Below, in pieces: positions 12,401-24,640 of a stretch of DNA of 64,000 nucleotides. Every line of letters begins with the position of its first letter. Position 1 is the first letter of the stretch. Source of the stretch: Macrostomum lignano (lineage: Eukaryota); assembly GCA_002269645.1 (NCBI GenBank), contig NIVC01000093.1, positions 248,001 through 312,000 of the forward strand. The letters are read 5' to 3'. Position numbers and translations under genes: made by a program. The notes beneath the pieces are model-generated. The model saw only the letters and a program-made list of their open reading frames with translations, was not told the origin of the DNA and searched no databases.

Positions 12401-13847
12401 AGTCCATCAAGACGTGCACCTATAGTGTTGACTGGAAGAAACAACATTAGAATTAACATCGTGAATGCTAAAATTTACTTAAGGTGGAAACCGATCTGGA
12501 ATATGTTACTATCTTTGCAACGGAGGCAATCGATGCGGACTACTTTGACGGCAGGAACAACCTTGGAGTCGGAACCACCATGGTGCAGCTGGTCTCCGCT
12601 CCTGAGCCGGGATTCCTCAACTACCTCAACTACTCGCTGACTCGCATGCCCCCGAACTCCAACAACTTGTCCCAGTGGGACCGACTGTACTTCGAGCTGG
12701 TGCACCAGTGCTACCTCACGGACAGCTTTGTGCGTAGTGATAAGTACACCCAGCCGTGCTTGCCCAGCATCGTCGCGTCGCATCACATCCGCCAGCTCGA
12801 GTCCCGATCCGTGTTCGTCATGACGGCGACTCAGACGCTGATCCTCGGTTGCCTGACGGCAATCGACTACTTGTGTCCGGTGGTGACGCCCGAGCCGGCG
12901 TGTCCGAACTTCTTCAAAGGCAACAGAGTCACACAGGAGCAGCGAGCCAACCTCATCATGTACGGCAGCCGGCTGAAGCCGTCCGGGACCACGGCGCAGC
13001 GGTTCTCGGGCAAATACGGAGGCGAGGAGTGGTCCTTCCAGAAGATCTTCGAGAACCGGATGGGTCGGACGCCGATGCGGCTGATGCAGTACCGGAAGAT
13101 CGGCTCGGCGGAGTACCGCTTCGTGCAGGTGAGTTGATATCCTTTTGACATGAGGAACTACCAAGCAACTTAGTAGCTTAAGTAGGGATAAAATTTAGAT
13201 TAAATAGGACTAATACGAGCGTACCGTGAAAGTATCCTTATAACTATAACCGTTGTAACGCGCCGGCAGGTAATGATATTACTGGTATGAGTGTAGTAGC
13301 AGCTGAAACTCCGATAGAAAGAAGAGAACTATTCATATTATAATCGTGAAATACGAGCTGTTGAATACATTGACAGTTGGAATAATGGTTATCGGTTGTT
13401 TTCAACAAGTGCATTCCATTCAATCCCAATGCACTCTTGTGCCAGTTCGGTCTGTTCGATGGAATCAACAGTTCGACTTTCACGGCCGCAGCCGAGGAGC
13501 TGTACCAATACGAGCGGCAGTCCAGCTCCGGCCTACTAAAGTCCTGTCGAACTCAAGCAGAATGCGACGGTCCAGAGTGCGTGAATTCGTTTGGCTCCGA
13601 CGGCGACCCCGGTTCCGGTACTTCCGGAAGCAACCTGGACTTGCTGGGGTTGTTGGTGCTTCTGTTTATACCGGGAATCTTAGCAGGTGTTCTGGTAGCC
13701 AAGTACACCGGGAAACCCATTCCTCTGCGGCCCTGCAACTGCGATAGCGAAGCGGACAAAGGCGAGGACTATTACTATTATGCAGATCCCGAAAGTCAGG
13801 ACTCCACCGCGGCAAATGGATTCGACAATCCCGCTGGTCCCAGGTGA
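9414..13847 (+). CDS. Tandem Venus flytrap single-pass receptor, paralogue 2; exons 9414-9471, 9793-9951, 10202-10410, 10508-12397, 12484-13128, 13446-13847 (about 1120 aa); possible extra exon near 14291-14510
   Basis: Signal peptide MWLRLGRVGLLGFAWILLT. Same exon structure and phases as paralogue 1. TM LLGLLVLLFIPGILAGVLVA. The stop TGA at 13845-13847 overlaps a good donor (AG|gtgagc at 13843), so the 3' end is uncertain. Confidence 0.78.
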
Positions 13848-14092
13848 GCGAACTCTCTGGCAGCTTTGAACTGGTAGTTAGTAGTAAAATGAAGTGTTAT
13901 AATTACTATAGTACAGTTAATTAATACTATAGGACATAGAAGAAGACCGCACAGACATATAACCACGGAGACAGAGCTAAGATACCAAGACACTATGAAC
14001 CTAAAGCAGACTTCAGGACAAAAACTACGAAGAACACTAAGACATAAGGGACTACCAGATTATATAACAAAGTGTTTCTAGTGGTCCTTGTA

Positions 14093-14294
<202 letters not shown>

Positions 14295-14829
14295 GTGGCC
14301 ACCCTTCACCCCGCCAGCCTGCCAGTCCAGTCGGATTCCTATTACTATTGCGACCCGGATGCGACAGCGGGCGGCAGCTCGGGTGCAGCAGTGTCACGGA
14401 AGTTGCCAACGTTGCCGCAGGAGGAGCCGCCGACGCCGAAGAGGCGCGTATTTCGCGCACTGGACGCGAGCGACCCCACCACGGAGCCCGTCACATCGGC
14501 AGAGGATTAACAAATAGTCAATAGAGTCCAATTTCAAAGGATAACTAGTGTGAATAGTCAAGTTTTATATATCAGATCTACTTGCTCTGTTCAGTTACCG
14601 TGTCACGTGTTATCAATTTGCCTCAATAATTCATGCATTTTCTTAACTTCGATACCAATTGATAGTTTTTCTTTAAACTACCTGCTGCTTTAGGCAATTC
14701 AGATGCTGTTGTAGAAAGTAGTGCCCAAACGATCACTTATCCCAGCTAGCAGCCTTTGTATATGTCAGTTGGCTCCATGTAAAGAGCCGTCTTGTCGTCG
14801 TTTAAGCGAATGCGTTGTTCGATTTTATT

Positions 14830-15228
14830 AAAACTTGCACCATTTGATCAGAAATTTTCGCGTCACGGTACATGCATCGTGGCTAAGAATTGCTCGATGC
14901 TAAAGGCATTAAATATTAAAAAAAAACATGCTTTTTTGCAAAGGTCAAGCAGCTCTTTCGTCTTGAAAATCTTATATGCTAAAATTGGTTTGTCTCTATT
15001 ACTGTCCATAGGTTATTGATTTCAGAAAAAACAGCTTGACCGATTTTCAAGAAAGTTGCACCGTTGGATCAGAAATTTTCCGGTGACGGTATACATGTAT
15101 GTGTCGTGACTAAGCATTGGCTCAATGCTAAGGGGGATTAAACATTCGAAAGAAAGCATTCTTTTTTACAAAGGTCCAGCAGACTTGAAATGCATTGCAA
15201 GATCTCTAGAGAAAATTTCATGCTAAAA
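14830..15228. repeat. Diverged local direct duplication (about 14830-14985 vs 15052-15228)
   Basis: Shared blocks such as TTGCACC(A/G)TT(T/G)GATCAGAAATTTTC, CAAAGGTC(A/C)AGCAG and ATGCTAAA in the same order. Confidence 0.6.
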
Positions 15229-15742
15229 ATAGAAACTAACTGAGGCGGCGTGTTGGTTTGCAGGGTCAGACTCTTGAGTTATTGATCTACGAGTATATAT
15301 TTTATTGAACCAATGAGCCAATGCCTTCTTACACCCGAAGTGTTCAGATGTACGTGTTCACTCTAAGCACTTTATTTATTTTATGCCTTCTGTGCGCGCA
15401 CTGCACCAACCACCCCAATATTATCACTATCGTGTTTGCTATATATCGTTAGTTTTCTCTCGCTTTGAAATCGTGAAATACAACAGCATTTTGACCATGC
15501 ATAATTAAGCTAGACTTGTTTCATTCAATCGACGACACGTCACTAACGTCACTAGTTCGACCCAGTTTTGTTTCTAAAAATAGAACTGACGTTATAGTTT
15601 AATAACTTTAAAACTAAATATAGAATCTGACTTTAATATAAGTTCAGTAGTTTTTTGTTGCTAAAAATAGTAACTACGTCACTAGTTGAGTCATTTTTTT
15701 GTATCTGAAAAATTGCAACTGACGTCCAACGCCAGCTTGATA

Positions 15743-16897
15743 CACCATTTTGACTCTTATTTTGAACAAAGTCTTGTTCAAAAGAAACAAGCAGAACTTC
15801 AATTCAAACACTTAAGGAAATATCAGCCCTTGCGGAAATTCAATTCAAACAAAGTCCCATTCTATTGAAACAGAAGAACTTCAATTCAGACTGTCTGTGG
15901 CCAAAATTTTCCTTGAGTGACGCGCATGTACAGATTTGAAATTCAAAAGAAACAAAGTCACATTCTATTTCGACAGAGGGATAAAACACAGCATATCGAC
16001 GAACATAAGAGTAAAATGAAAAACAGGAACAAGACAGTGTCAGTTGGCCAACTTGAGACATCTAACCATCAATTGCCTGTCCACCAACGCAGCGAGGTAC
16101 GCATGTAAACACATGGTTGAAACACTCAGTGCATTTGTCCGCAGAGATGCAGCCAATGGTTCTGTTCACCATGTTGTACAGAATGTCTCACCGATAGGCC
16201 GCCATTGACTGATTCCCGTGCTGCTTAGCTATCGGAGGGATGAAATTTTGCTGGTCTGCTGCCAGTTTTCTCTTCAGAGTGTCCTTCCAACAGGAGATTG
16301 AGTCTCCACAGGAATCAAAAATGGACTGTATGGTGGAAGCCGCTTGACCTGAATGGTGTCCGGAATCTCGTAGGCTGCTTTTCTGCTCTCCCTGACCTCA
16401 CGATCGTGTTCGCTGTTGACCTCTTGACTCCAAGCTGGCGCGCCAGTTCCACAAGTCATCCCCACGATCAGCAGCCCTGATGATACGGTCTCTCATTCAT
16501 TGATTCCATCTTCCTCCAGCAATTCATCGTCTTCTTCAATCTGATCTTCAGCATTCATATATCGTTTCTTGTTGTGCAACGATTGTACAGTTATACAGTA
16601 CAGGGAAAACAAAAAAGTTAGATTAATGTACTAAAATGTACTTGTACCTATGTGCGAAAATCTCTGTCGAAATAGAATGTGACTTTGGTTCTTTTGAATT
16701 TCAAGTTTGCGCATGCGCGTCACTCGGGGACAATTTTGGCCACAGACAGTCTGAATTGAAGTTCTTCTGTTTCAATAGAAAGGGACTTTGTTTGAATTGA
16801 ATTTCCGCAAGGGCTGATATTTCTTAAAGTGTTTGAATTGAAGTTCTGCTTGTTTCTTTTGAACAAGACTTTGTTCAAAATAAGAGGTAAAATGGTG
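15743..16897 (-). mobile_element. Internally deleted Tc1/mariner (IS630-Tc1-mariner) DNA transposon with about 235-bp TIRs and TA target duplication
   Basis: TA|CACCATTTT ... AAAATGGTG|TA. Arms about 15743-15978 and 16662-16897 are reverse complements with some mismatches. Transposase remnants lie inside. Confidence 0.85.
16085..16495 (-). pseudogene. Frameshifted Tc1/IS630-like transposase remnant (N-terminal HTH joined to end of DDE domain)
   Basis: Minus strand reads RDRIIRAADRGDD / VELARQLGVKRSTANTIVRSGR (HTH-like), then KRLPPYSPFLIPVE / SISCWKDTLKRKL (cf. the LPPYSPDLNPIE motif) and ISADKCTECFNHV. Confidence 0.75.
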
Positions 16898-17512
16898 TAC
16901 AATGTAAAAGTCCAGCATATAGAAGTTCATGGAGTTGTGTATCCGTATGGACTGCAGTTCTTAATGGTTATAGCGAATTTCTACATTTCACCATATTAAG
17001 CCAACAGTAAAGCGAAGAATATGCACGGTTCGGTTTGTTTATTAAATCCACCTCGTAAAACCCAACGAGAGTGTACACTGCGAATAATTGCACACACTAT
17101 AGTTTCCAAGGTCAAATATTAAATTTAATTCTCCACATTGGCACAGATGCTCTGCGGACGAAACAGTCCGTGTGTTTACGAGCGTACGGAAAATCTTCTG
17201 CTTAAGATAATAGATAGATAGCGATCAGTTACCACTTTCTTAATCCACGAGTCGGACTGTGCACTCGATAGAAGCCAGCTAACTTCGCGCTGGACAGTAA
17301 GAAAAAAGTCACACAGCTGCTGGCGAAAGTTTCACAAACACAAAATTCTTTCGTCATAGCTAGCTAAGCAGTTTTATCTTGTTTCAAATTTTCCTTTATG
17401 CTTAGCTTGTTAAAAAGCAGCAAATTCGCATTGTCCAACGCATTTCACTGATATCTCTGCGATTTGAATTTCACTTTTGGTGTTTGAAATCTTGAAAGAG
17501 TGTTCGTGCAAC

Positions 17513-20500
17513 ATGGCAGCAAGGGTGAGTGCAGTGGGAATTCTATAGTAATTTATTGACTTGAGCAGGCACACATTTTGTACCTTTCTTTCATATCCTT
17601 CTCTCTCTATCCTTCCCCCTCTATCCTTCCCCCTCTATCATTCTCTCTCTATCCTTCTCTCTCTATCCTTCTCTCTCTATCCTTCTCTCTCTATCCTTCC
17701 CCCTCTATCCTTCTCTCTCTATCCTTCTCTCTCTATCCTTCTCTCTCTATCCTTCCCCCCTATCCTTCTCTCTCTATCCTTCCCTCTGTATCCTTCTCTC
17801 TCTATCCTTCCCTCTGTATCCTTCTCTCTATCCTTCCCTCTGTATCCTTCCCTCTGTATCCTTCTCTCTCTATCCTTCCCTCTCTATCCTTCCCTCTCTA
17901 TCCTTCTCTCTCTCTATCCTCCTCTCTCTATATCCTTCTCTCTCTATATCCTTCTCTCTCTATCCTTCCCTCTCTATCCTTCTCTCTCTCTATCCTTCCC
18001 TCTCTATCCTTCTCTCTCTATATCCTTCTCTCTCTATATCCTTCTCTCTCTATCCTTCCCTCTCTATCCTTCATTCTCTTTCCTACCCTCTGTATCCTTC
18101 TCTCTCTATCCTTCCCTCTCTATCCTTCATTCTCTTTCCTACCCTCTGTATCCTTCTCTCTCTATCCTTCCCTCTCTCTCTATCCTTCCCTCTCTATCCT
18201 TCTCTCTCTATCCTTCCCTCTCTCTCTATCCTTCCCTCTCTATCCTTCTCTCTCTATCCTTCCCTCTCTCTCTATCCTTCCCTCTCTATCCTTCTCTCTC
18301 TCTATCCTTCTCTCTCTATATCCTTCTCTCTCTATATCCTTCTCTCTCTATCCTTCCCTCTCTCTCTATCCTTCCCTCTCTATCCTTCTCTCTCTATCCT
18401 TCCCTCTCTCTCTATCCTTCTCTCTCTATCCTTCTCTCTCTATCCTTCCCTCTCTCTCTATCCTTCCCTCTCTATCCTTCTCTCTCTCTATCCTTCCCTC
18501 TCTATCCTTCTCTCTCTCTATCCTTCTCTCTCTATATCCTTCTCTCTCTCTCTATCCTTCCCTCTATCCTTCTCTCTCTCTATCCTTCTCTCTCTATCCT
18601 TCCCTCTCTCTCTATCCTTCCCTCTCTATCCTTCTCTCTCTATCCTTCCCTCTCTCTCTATCCTTCCCTCTCTATCCTTCATTCTCTTTCCTACCCTCTG
18701 TATCCTTCTCTCTGTATCCTTCTCTCTATCCTTCCCTCTGTATCCTTCCCTCTCTATCCTTCCCTCTCTATCCTTCCCTCTGTATCCTTCTCTCTGTATC
18801 CTTCTCTCTGTATCCTTCTCTCTCTATCCTTCTCTCTCTATCCTTCCCTCTCTATCCCTCTCTCTCTTTCCTACCCTCTGTATCCTTCTCTCTCTATCCT
18901 TCCCTCTCTATTCTTCCCTCTCTATCCTTCGATCTCTTTGCTTTTCCTTCTCTATCCTTTCTAACTGACGACAGTCTCTCATACTTTAACAATTCATACA
19001 TTATGCCTACAACAAAAGAACGAATACAATTGAAGGATTGGTTGGCCTAAAAACAGCTAGCTATGCATTCAATTTTCAGTGCGACACCGATCCAATATTG
19101 GCAAACGAACAGCGGCTGAAGAATCAAAAGGTAAGTTTATCGTCAAATGGGTATCAGTTAAGTCGCTTTTATTGCCGCTGAATGTTTAAGACAATCATTC
19201 AGTGGTGTAAACTCGCACTAGGACTACTTTTTATTGCACATTGCAGCAACTGGTCCAACAGCTTCATGTGCAGCTGAAGTCCTACAACGAAGCATTTAGA
19301 CGTGAGTCAATGAAATAAAATCAGCTGGGAGAAATCAGCGATAAGAGAGGAGAGATGAGATCGGAGAGAGATGAGATCGGAGAGATGAGGTCGGGGAGAT
19401 GAGATCGGAGAGAGATGAGATCAGAGAGAGATGAGGTCGGGGAGAGATGAGATCAGAGAGAGATGAGATCGGAGAGAGATGAGATCGGAGAGAGATGAGA
19501 TCAGAAAGAGATGAGGTCGGGGAGAGATGAGATCGGAGAGAGATGAGATCGGAGAGAGATGAGATCAGAAAGAGATGAGATCGAAGATAGATGAGATCGG
19601 AGAAATGAGGTCGGGGAGATGAGATCGGAGAGAGATGAGATCAGAAAGAGATGAGGCCAGGGAGAGATGAGATCGAAGAGAGATGAGATCAGAAAGAGAT
19701 GAGGTCGGGGAGAGATTTCGAAGATAGATGAGATCGGAGAAATGAGGTCGGGGAGATGAGATCGGAGAGAGATGAGATCAGAAAGAGATGAGGCCGGGGA
19801 GAGATGAGATCGGAGAGAGATGAGATCAGAAAGAGATGAGGCCGGGGAGAGATGAGATCGGAGAGAGATGAGATCGGAGAGATGAGGTCGGGGAGATGAG
19901 ATCGGAGAGAGATGAGATCAGAAAGAGATGAGGCCGGGGAGAGATGAGATCGGAGAGAGATGAGATCGGAGAGAGATGAGATCAGAAAGAGATGAGATCG
20001 AAGATAGATGAGATCGGAGAAATGAGGTCGGGGAGATGAGATCGGAGAGAGATAAGATCGAATAGAAGTGAGATAGGAGAGATGAAATCTGCAGACGAGA
20101 TCAGAAACAGGTCCCACGCTCGAACATTTAACCCTCCCGCGAGAAGGCTTCATCACGGCTGAGAAGTCCTTCTTCGACGCGCTGGACAACATGTGCGAGG
20201 CCAACTGGGAACTCAAAGCAGACTTCACCGCTTCTCTTAAGGTAAATTTTATATGACTTTTTTGACAAATCAAAGCAAAAAGTTCTCCTACTTACAGTAG
20301 TTACATGTATAATAACATTTAATAATTTGATTCCAGGCAATGCAAAATATTGCCGAAAGTGGAGCGAGAAATTTGGAAACGATTCCTGTTGAGGAAACTA
20401 TCGTGTTTCGCGACCAGTTCGGTCCATACGAGGTAAATAGTGTAAAGCAGTGCAATTCTGGTTCTCGCTGCAAAATGCACCAATAGAGATGGGTAGTTTT

Positions 20501-23449
20501 CAGATATTTTGCAAAAATTTCATAAAATCTCATCCTCTAGATTCCATAGAGCACCTGTGTCACCTTGTCAGCCTCTCTCACCTTCTGCCACCCCCTGTAA
20601 CCCTTTGTCACCCTATGTAACCCTCTGTAACCCTTTGTCACCCTGTGTAACCCTTTGTCACCCTATGTAACCCTCTCAAACCCTTTGTCACCCTATGTAA
20701 GCCGCTGTAACCCTTTGTAACACTCGGCAACCTTCTTTTACCCTTTGCCACCCTCTATCACCATCCGTCACCCTCTGTCACCCTCCGTCACCCTCTGTCA
20801 CCATCCGTCACCCCTGTCACCCTCCGTCACCCTCTGTCACCATCCGTCACCCTCTGTCACTATCCATCACCCTCTGTCATCATCCGTCACCCTCTCTGTC
20901 ACCATCCGTCACCATCCGTCACCCTCTGTCACCATCCGTCACCCTCTGTCACCCTCCGTCACCCTCTGTCACCATCCGTCACCCTCTGTCACCATCCGTC
21001 ACCCCTGTCACCATCCGTCACCCTCTGTCACTATCCATCACCCTCTGTCATCATCCGTCACCCTCTCTGTCACCATCCGTCACCATCCGTCACCCTCTGT
21101 CACCCATGGACAGCTAAATTTATCATTCAGCGCTATGCGTTCTCTAGGAGACCCGAATGCAAACATCGATTTAGTCTATGGCAACACTCAATTAAACGCA
21201 AAGTAAAACAGGTGAGATTTCTAGGTGAAAAATTCCTATCTCACTGGTGCATTCTCTGCAACTCAAACCGACCTTTAATTCTCTTTAATCATCGAATAAA
21301 AATGTAACTCTAAGCAATTGAAGCGGACTCAAACTAAGTTACTCAACCAACAAATACAGAAGGAGATTCAGGACTACAAAGACAAGCAGAAGGTGGCCGA
21401 CGCGGCCGAAAGAAAACACTTGGCCTACGGTAAAAAGAAGAACGCTGATTCCGACGAGTTAAGAAAGGTTTGCCAAATTTTACTATAAGTAGCTTATTAG
21501 TAGTGCGATTGAGCATGAGCTTTAAAGTTAAAAAAATTATAAAAATTTCTTAGCTCGAATTAGCAGCCTACGAGAAGAAGACTTCGCTGGGAATTTCTCG
21601 AAGGAAACTCGCAGATGAGTTGCCAACGTTCTACAAGTCGTAAGACTTTGCCATGACAACTGACTTTTAAGGCAATAAATTCACGAGACGAAGTTGATTC
21701 TTGCTAGTTATTCGATTTCAGGAGGATGGATTATTACTCAACTTTCTGGCGATCCGTGTTTCAAATTCGAGCAGATATTGCCAGGGCTGAGTGCGAGGTG
21801 AGGTTGGAGTGTGGGAGTGTGGGTTGGAGTGTGGGAGTGTGGGTTGGAAGTGTGGGGTGCATGGGATCAGAGTGTGGGGAGTGTGGGGTTGGAGTGCGGG
21901 AGTGTGGGGTTGGAGTGTGTGGAGTCTGGGGTTGGAATGTGGAAAGTGTGGGGTTGGAGTGTGAGGAGTGTGGGTTTCTGGTGTTTGTGCTGGTTTTAAC
22001 ATGGAGGTACAGGCATTTAACTTATAGATCTAAGCAGTGCAAACGACACCCCACACAATCCAGACTCTGGACCAGTTGATAGACTCGGTGCGCCATTTCG
22101 ATGTCACCAGGAGTCAAGTGTAAGCTAAGTGTTCAACTGCAACTGATTTAGGAGAACGGTCATTCAGAAAGTACATAATCAGCACTTTAAAAACTCCTTA
22201 AGTGACACGGCTTCGCTCTCGACTGGTCAGCACGTGACCCAGGGACGGATGGCTGCCAGCAGCAGCTCGGTAAGCTTGTGCATCTCCTGTCTTTCCTGTT
22301 CTTCCTTCCCTCACTTTGCCTACCTCCCCACTCCCTCCCAGCCTCCATGGCCGCTCCTACTCTACATCTGTTTCCCTCTCTCACCCTCTCACTCTTTCCC
22401 TCTCTCACCCTCTCACTCTTTCACTTTCTCACCCTCTGACCCTCTCTCAATACCCCAATCCCTCTCACCCTCTTACTCTTTCACTCTCTCACCCTCTAAC
22501 CCTCTCTCAATACCCCAATCTCTCTCACCCTCTCACTCTTTCACTCTCTCACCCTCTAACCCTCTCTCAATACCCCAATCGCTCTCACCCTCTCACTCTT
22601 TCACTCTCTCACCCTCTAACCCTCTCTCAATACCCCAATCTCTCTCACCCTCTTACTCTTTCACTCTCTCACCCTCTTTAACCCTCTCTCAATACCCCAA
22701 TCTCTCTCATCTCTCAACCTCCCTCACCCTCTCATCCTCTTTCTCCCTCTCGCCCTCTCCTCAATCTCTCTCACCCTCTCACTCTTTCAAGCTCTCTCAC
22801 GCTCTAACCCTCTTTCACCCTCAGTCACTCTCTCACCCTCTCTCACCCGGACCTCTCTCACTCTCTCTCACTCTCAGCCTCTCTCACTCTCTCACCATCT
22901 CACCCTCAGTCACTCTCTCACCCTCTCTCACCCGGACCTCTCTCACTCTCTCACCCTCTCTCACTCTCAGCCTCTCTCACTCTCTCACCCTCTCTCACCC
23001 GGACCTCTCTCACTCTCTCACCCTCTCTCATCTCTCACCCTCTCTCACCCTCTTACCCTCTCTCTCAGCTAGAATTGCACTCACCCATCAGCTCCCTCTC
23101 GCCTATCCCTGTCAGGAGGGTCAACCTCTTACATGTAATTTAGCTGCACCTACTGACCACTTTCACCAGCAGTTCTGACAGCTAGACCTCTCCTCGCGCC
23201 TAATTGTAACTCCCGCAGTCAGCGGTGACCTCCGAATTGGTCGCCACGGAGCTCCGAGACGACTGCCAGGCCGGTCTGGCCGCTAACGGTGGTCGAATTC
23301 ACCGAGTTCCAACATTCGGCGGCGACGACTTGGCTGGCGCCGACCGGAGCTCGAATTCTTCAAGGCAGCCGTTGCATGGAGCGGCGAAACAAGATCGATA
23401 TCCGTCTAACTCGGATGAAGAGGACAAATACGCTGATTACGAGCAGTGA
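17513..23449 (+). CDS. Amphiphysin/BIN-like BAR domain protein without SH3; exons 17513-17524, 19080-19130, 19247-19301, 20111-20241, 20337-20432, 21131-21211, 21315-21467, 21554-21639, 21722-21797, 22064-22119, 22203-22269, 23219-23449; about 364 aa
   Basis: Twelve phase-consistent GT-AG exons giving a helical protein. KLADELPTFYKSRMDYYSTFWRSVFQI resembles the amphiphysin segment [20 protein letters not shown]. The first mini-exon and the 22064 acceptor are the least certain. Confidence 0.7.
17585..18960. repeat. CT-rich degenerate minisatellite (ctctctatcctt(c)-type), BAR gene intron 1
   Basis: Read directly; explains ORFs 17561-18964 and 17578-19050. Confidence 0.95.
19345..20085. repeat. 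Purine-rich minisatellite (gagagatgagatcgga-type), BAR gene intron 3
   Basis: Read directly. Confidence 0.95.
20575..21105. repeat. Minisatellite with 10/20-bp subunits (ccatccgtcaccctctgtca), BAR gene intron 5
   Basis: Read directly. Confidence 0.92.
21800..21975. repeat. GT-rich short tandem repeat (ggagtgtggggtt), BAR gene intron 9
   Basis: Read directly. Confidence 0.85.
22370..23065. repeat. CT-rich minisatellite (ctctcaccctct, with a higher-order unit near 60 bp), BAR gene intron 11
   Basis: Read directly. Confidence 0.92.
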
Positions 23450-23900
23450 AAGCAGAGATTTGGATCAAGAGGAAACTTTGAACTAAAAAACACTTTTTTG
23501 GATAACAGTAGTGCACTAAAGATATGAACATACTTTTTAACTTTAAATTCAAATTTTATATTCTAGCTGCTTTCTTCAAAGCCATTTTTCGGCTTCTGCA
23601 AAATAATAAAAGACGAGGCAGGTCAGGGCTCAGGGCTCGTTTCCACTTAAAAATAACCGTAACATTAAATAAGTCAATGAAAGTACCAAAATGGTCGCTA
23701 CTCTCGTAATAACGCTTTTTTACTGCTGTAAATTGGAGAGTTATAACTATTTTTCGATACATATCGGCTTCATAAAAAGTGCATAAATACCGGCAAATTA
23801 AACAGGAGTGTGAATAAATTAATTTGAAAGAAAAAAGATGGTTGAAATCTTGTCAATACGCTGATACTTATGATACTTCAGAGATTAAGCGAAAAAAGTA

Positions 23901-23973
23901 TGATCTCGCCCAGGCTCGAACTGGGGACCTTCTGTGTGTTAGACAGATGTGATAACCACTACACCACGAGATC
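23901..23973 (-). tRNA. tRNA-Val (anticodon AAC)
   Basis: Minus strand GATCTCGTGGTGTAGTGGTTATCACATCTGTCTAACACACAGAAGGTCCCCAGTTCGAGCCTGGGCGAGATCA: 7-bp acceptor stem, TCTGT/ACAGA anticodon stem around CT-AAC-AC, GTTCGA T-loop, followed by a TTTTTT Pol III terminator. Confidence 0.96.
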
Positions 23974-24316
23974 TTACAGGCAAGGGGGTTATAAACAGGT
24001 ATAAATTTGTTGCAAAAGTTTTTTCGTGTAGGATTAAATTTTCTTACAAGATAAACAAAAGTTCCATTTTAAATGCAACGGAAAAGTACAACAAAACGAC
24101 AGCATGAATTATTCAAAATAAAAAACAATCACAACAATAACGAAATCAACAACAACAACAATATAACAATAATCACAACAAATAGAAAACACACCAGCAA
24201 CAAGCCAACAACAGAACAAAAAGTACAACAACAATAACAACAAATAAAAAATCACTAGTCGTGCTCAAAAAGAAGCACTGTACACTCGCAAACCGTGCAA
24301 GATTCGCTGTAGGCCG

Positions 24317-24640
24317 CTCCTCTCTCCCTTCTCCAGCTCTCTCCTCTCCTCTCCTCTCTCTTCTCTAATCTCCTCTCTCCCTTCTCCAGCTCTCTCCTCT
24401 CCTCTCCTCTCTCTTCTCTAATCTCCTCTCTCCCTTCTCCAGCTCTCTCCTCTCCTCTCCTCTCTCTTCTCTAATCTCCTCTCTCCCTTCTCCAGCTCTC
24501 TCCTCTCCTCTCCTCTCTCTTCTCTAATCTCCTCTCTCCCTTCTCCAGCTCTCTCCTCTCCTCTCCTCTCTCTTCTCTAATCTCCTCTCTCCCTTCTCCA
24601 GCTCTCTCCTCTCCTCTCCTCTCTCTCTCTCCTCTCTCTC
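24317..24640. repeat. About 53-bp CT-rich minisatellite, about 6 copies
   Basis: Unit ctctctcccttctccagctctctcctctcctctcctctctcttctctaatctc. Confidence 0.92.

Noticed and set aside
12475-13164. 229-aa antisense ORF and similar short ORFs over the VFT genes
   Set aside because: Shadow frames of GC-rich coding exons; duplicated only because the sense exon is.
16500-16565. Acidic mini-ORF MNAEDQIEEDDELLEEDGINE
   Set aside because: Lies inside the decayed transposon just before the HTH remnant; likely a broken transposase N-terminus, not a gene.
17561-19050. 467- and 490-aa Ser/Leu/Pro ORFs
   Set aside because: Translations of a stop-free CT minisatellite in an intron.
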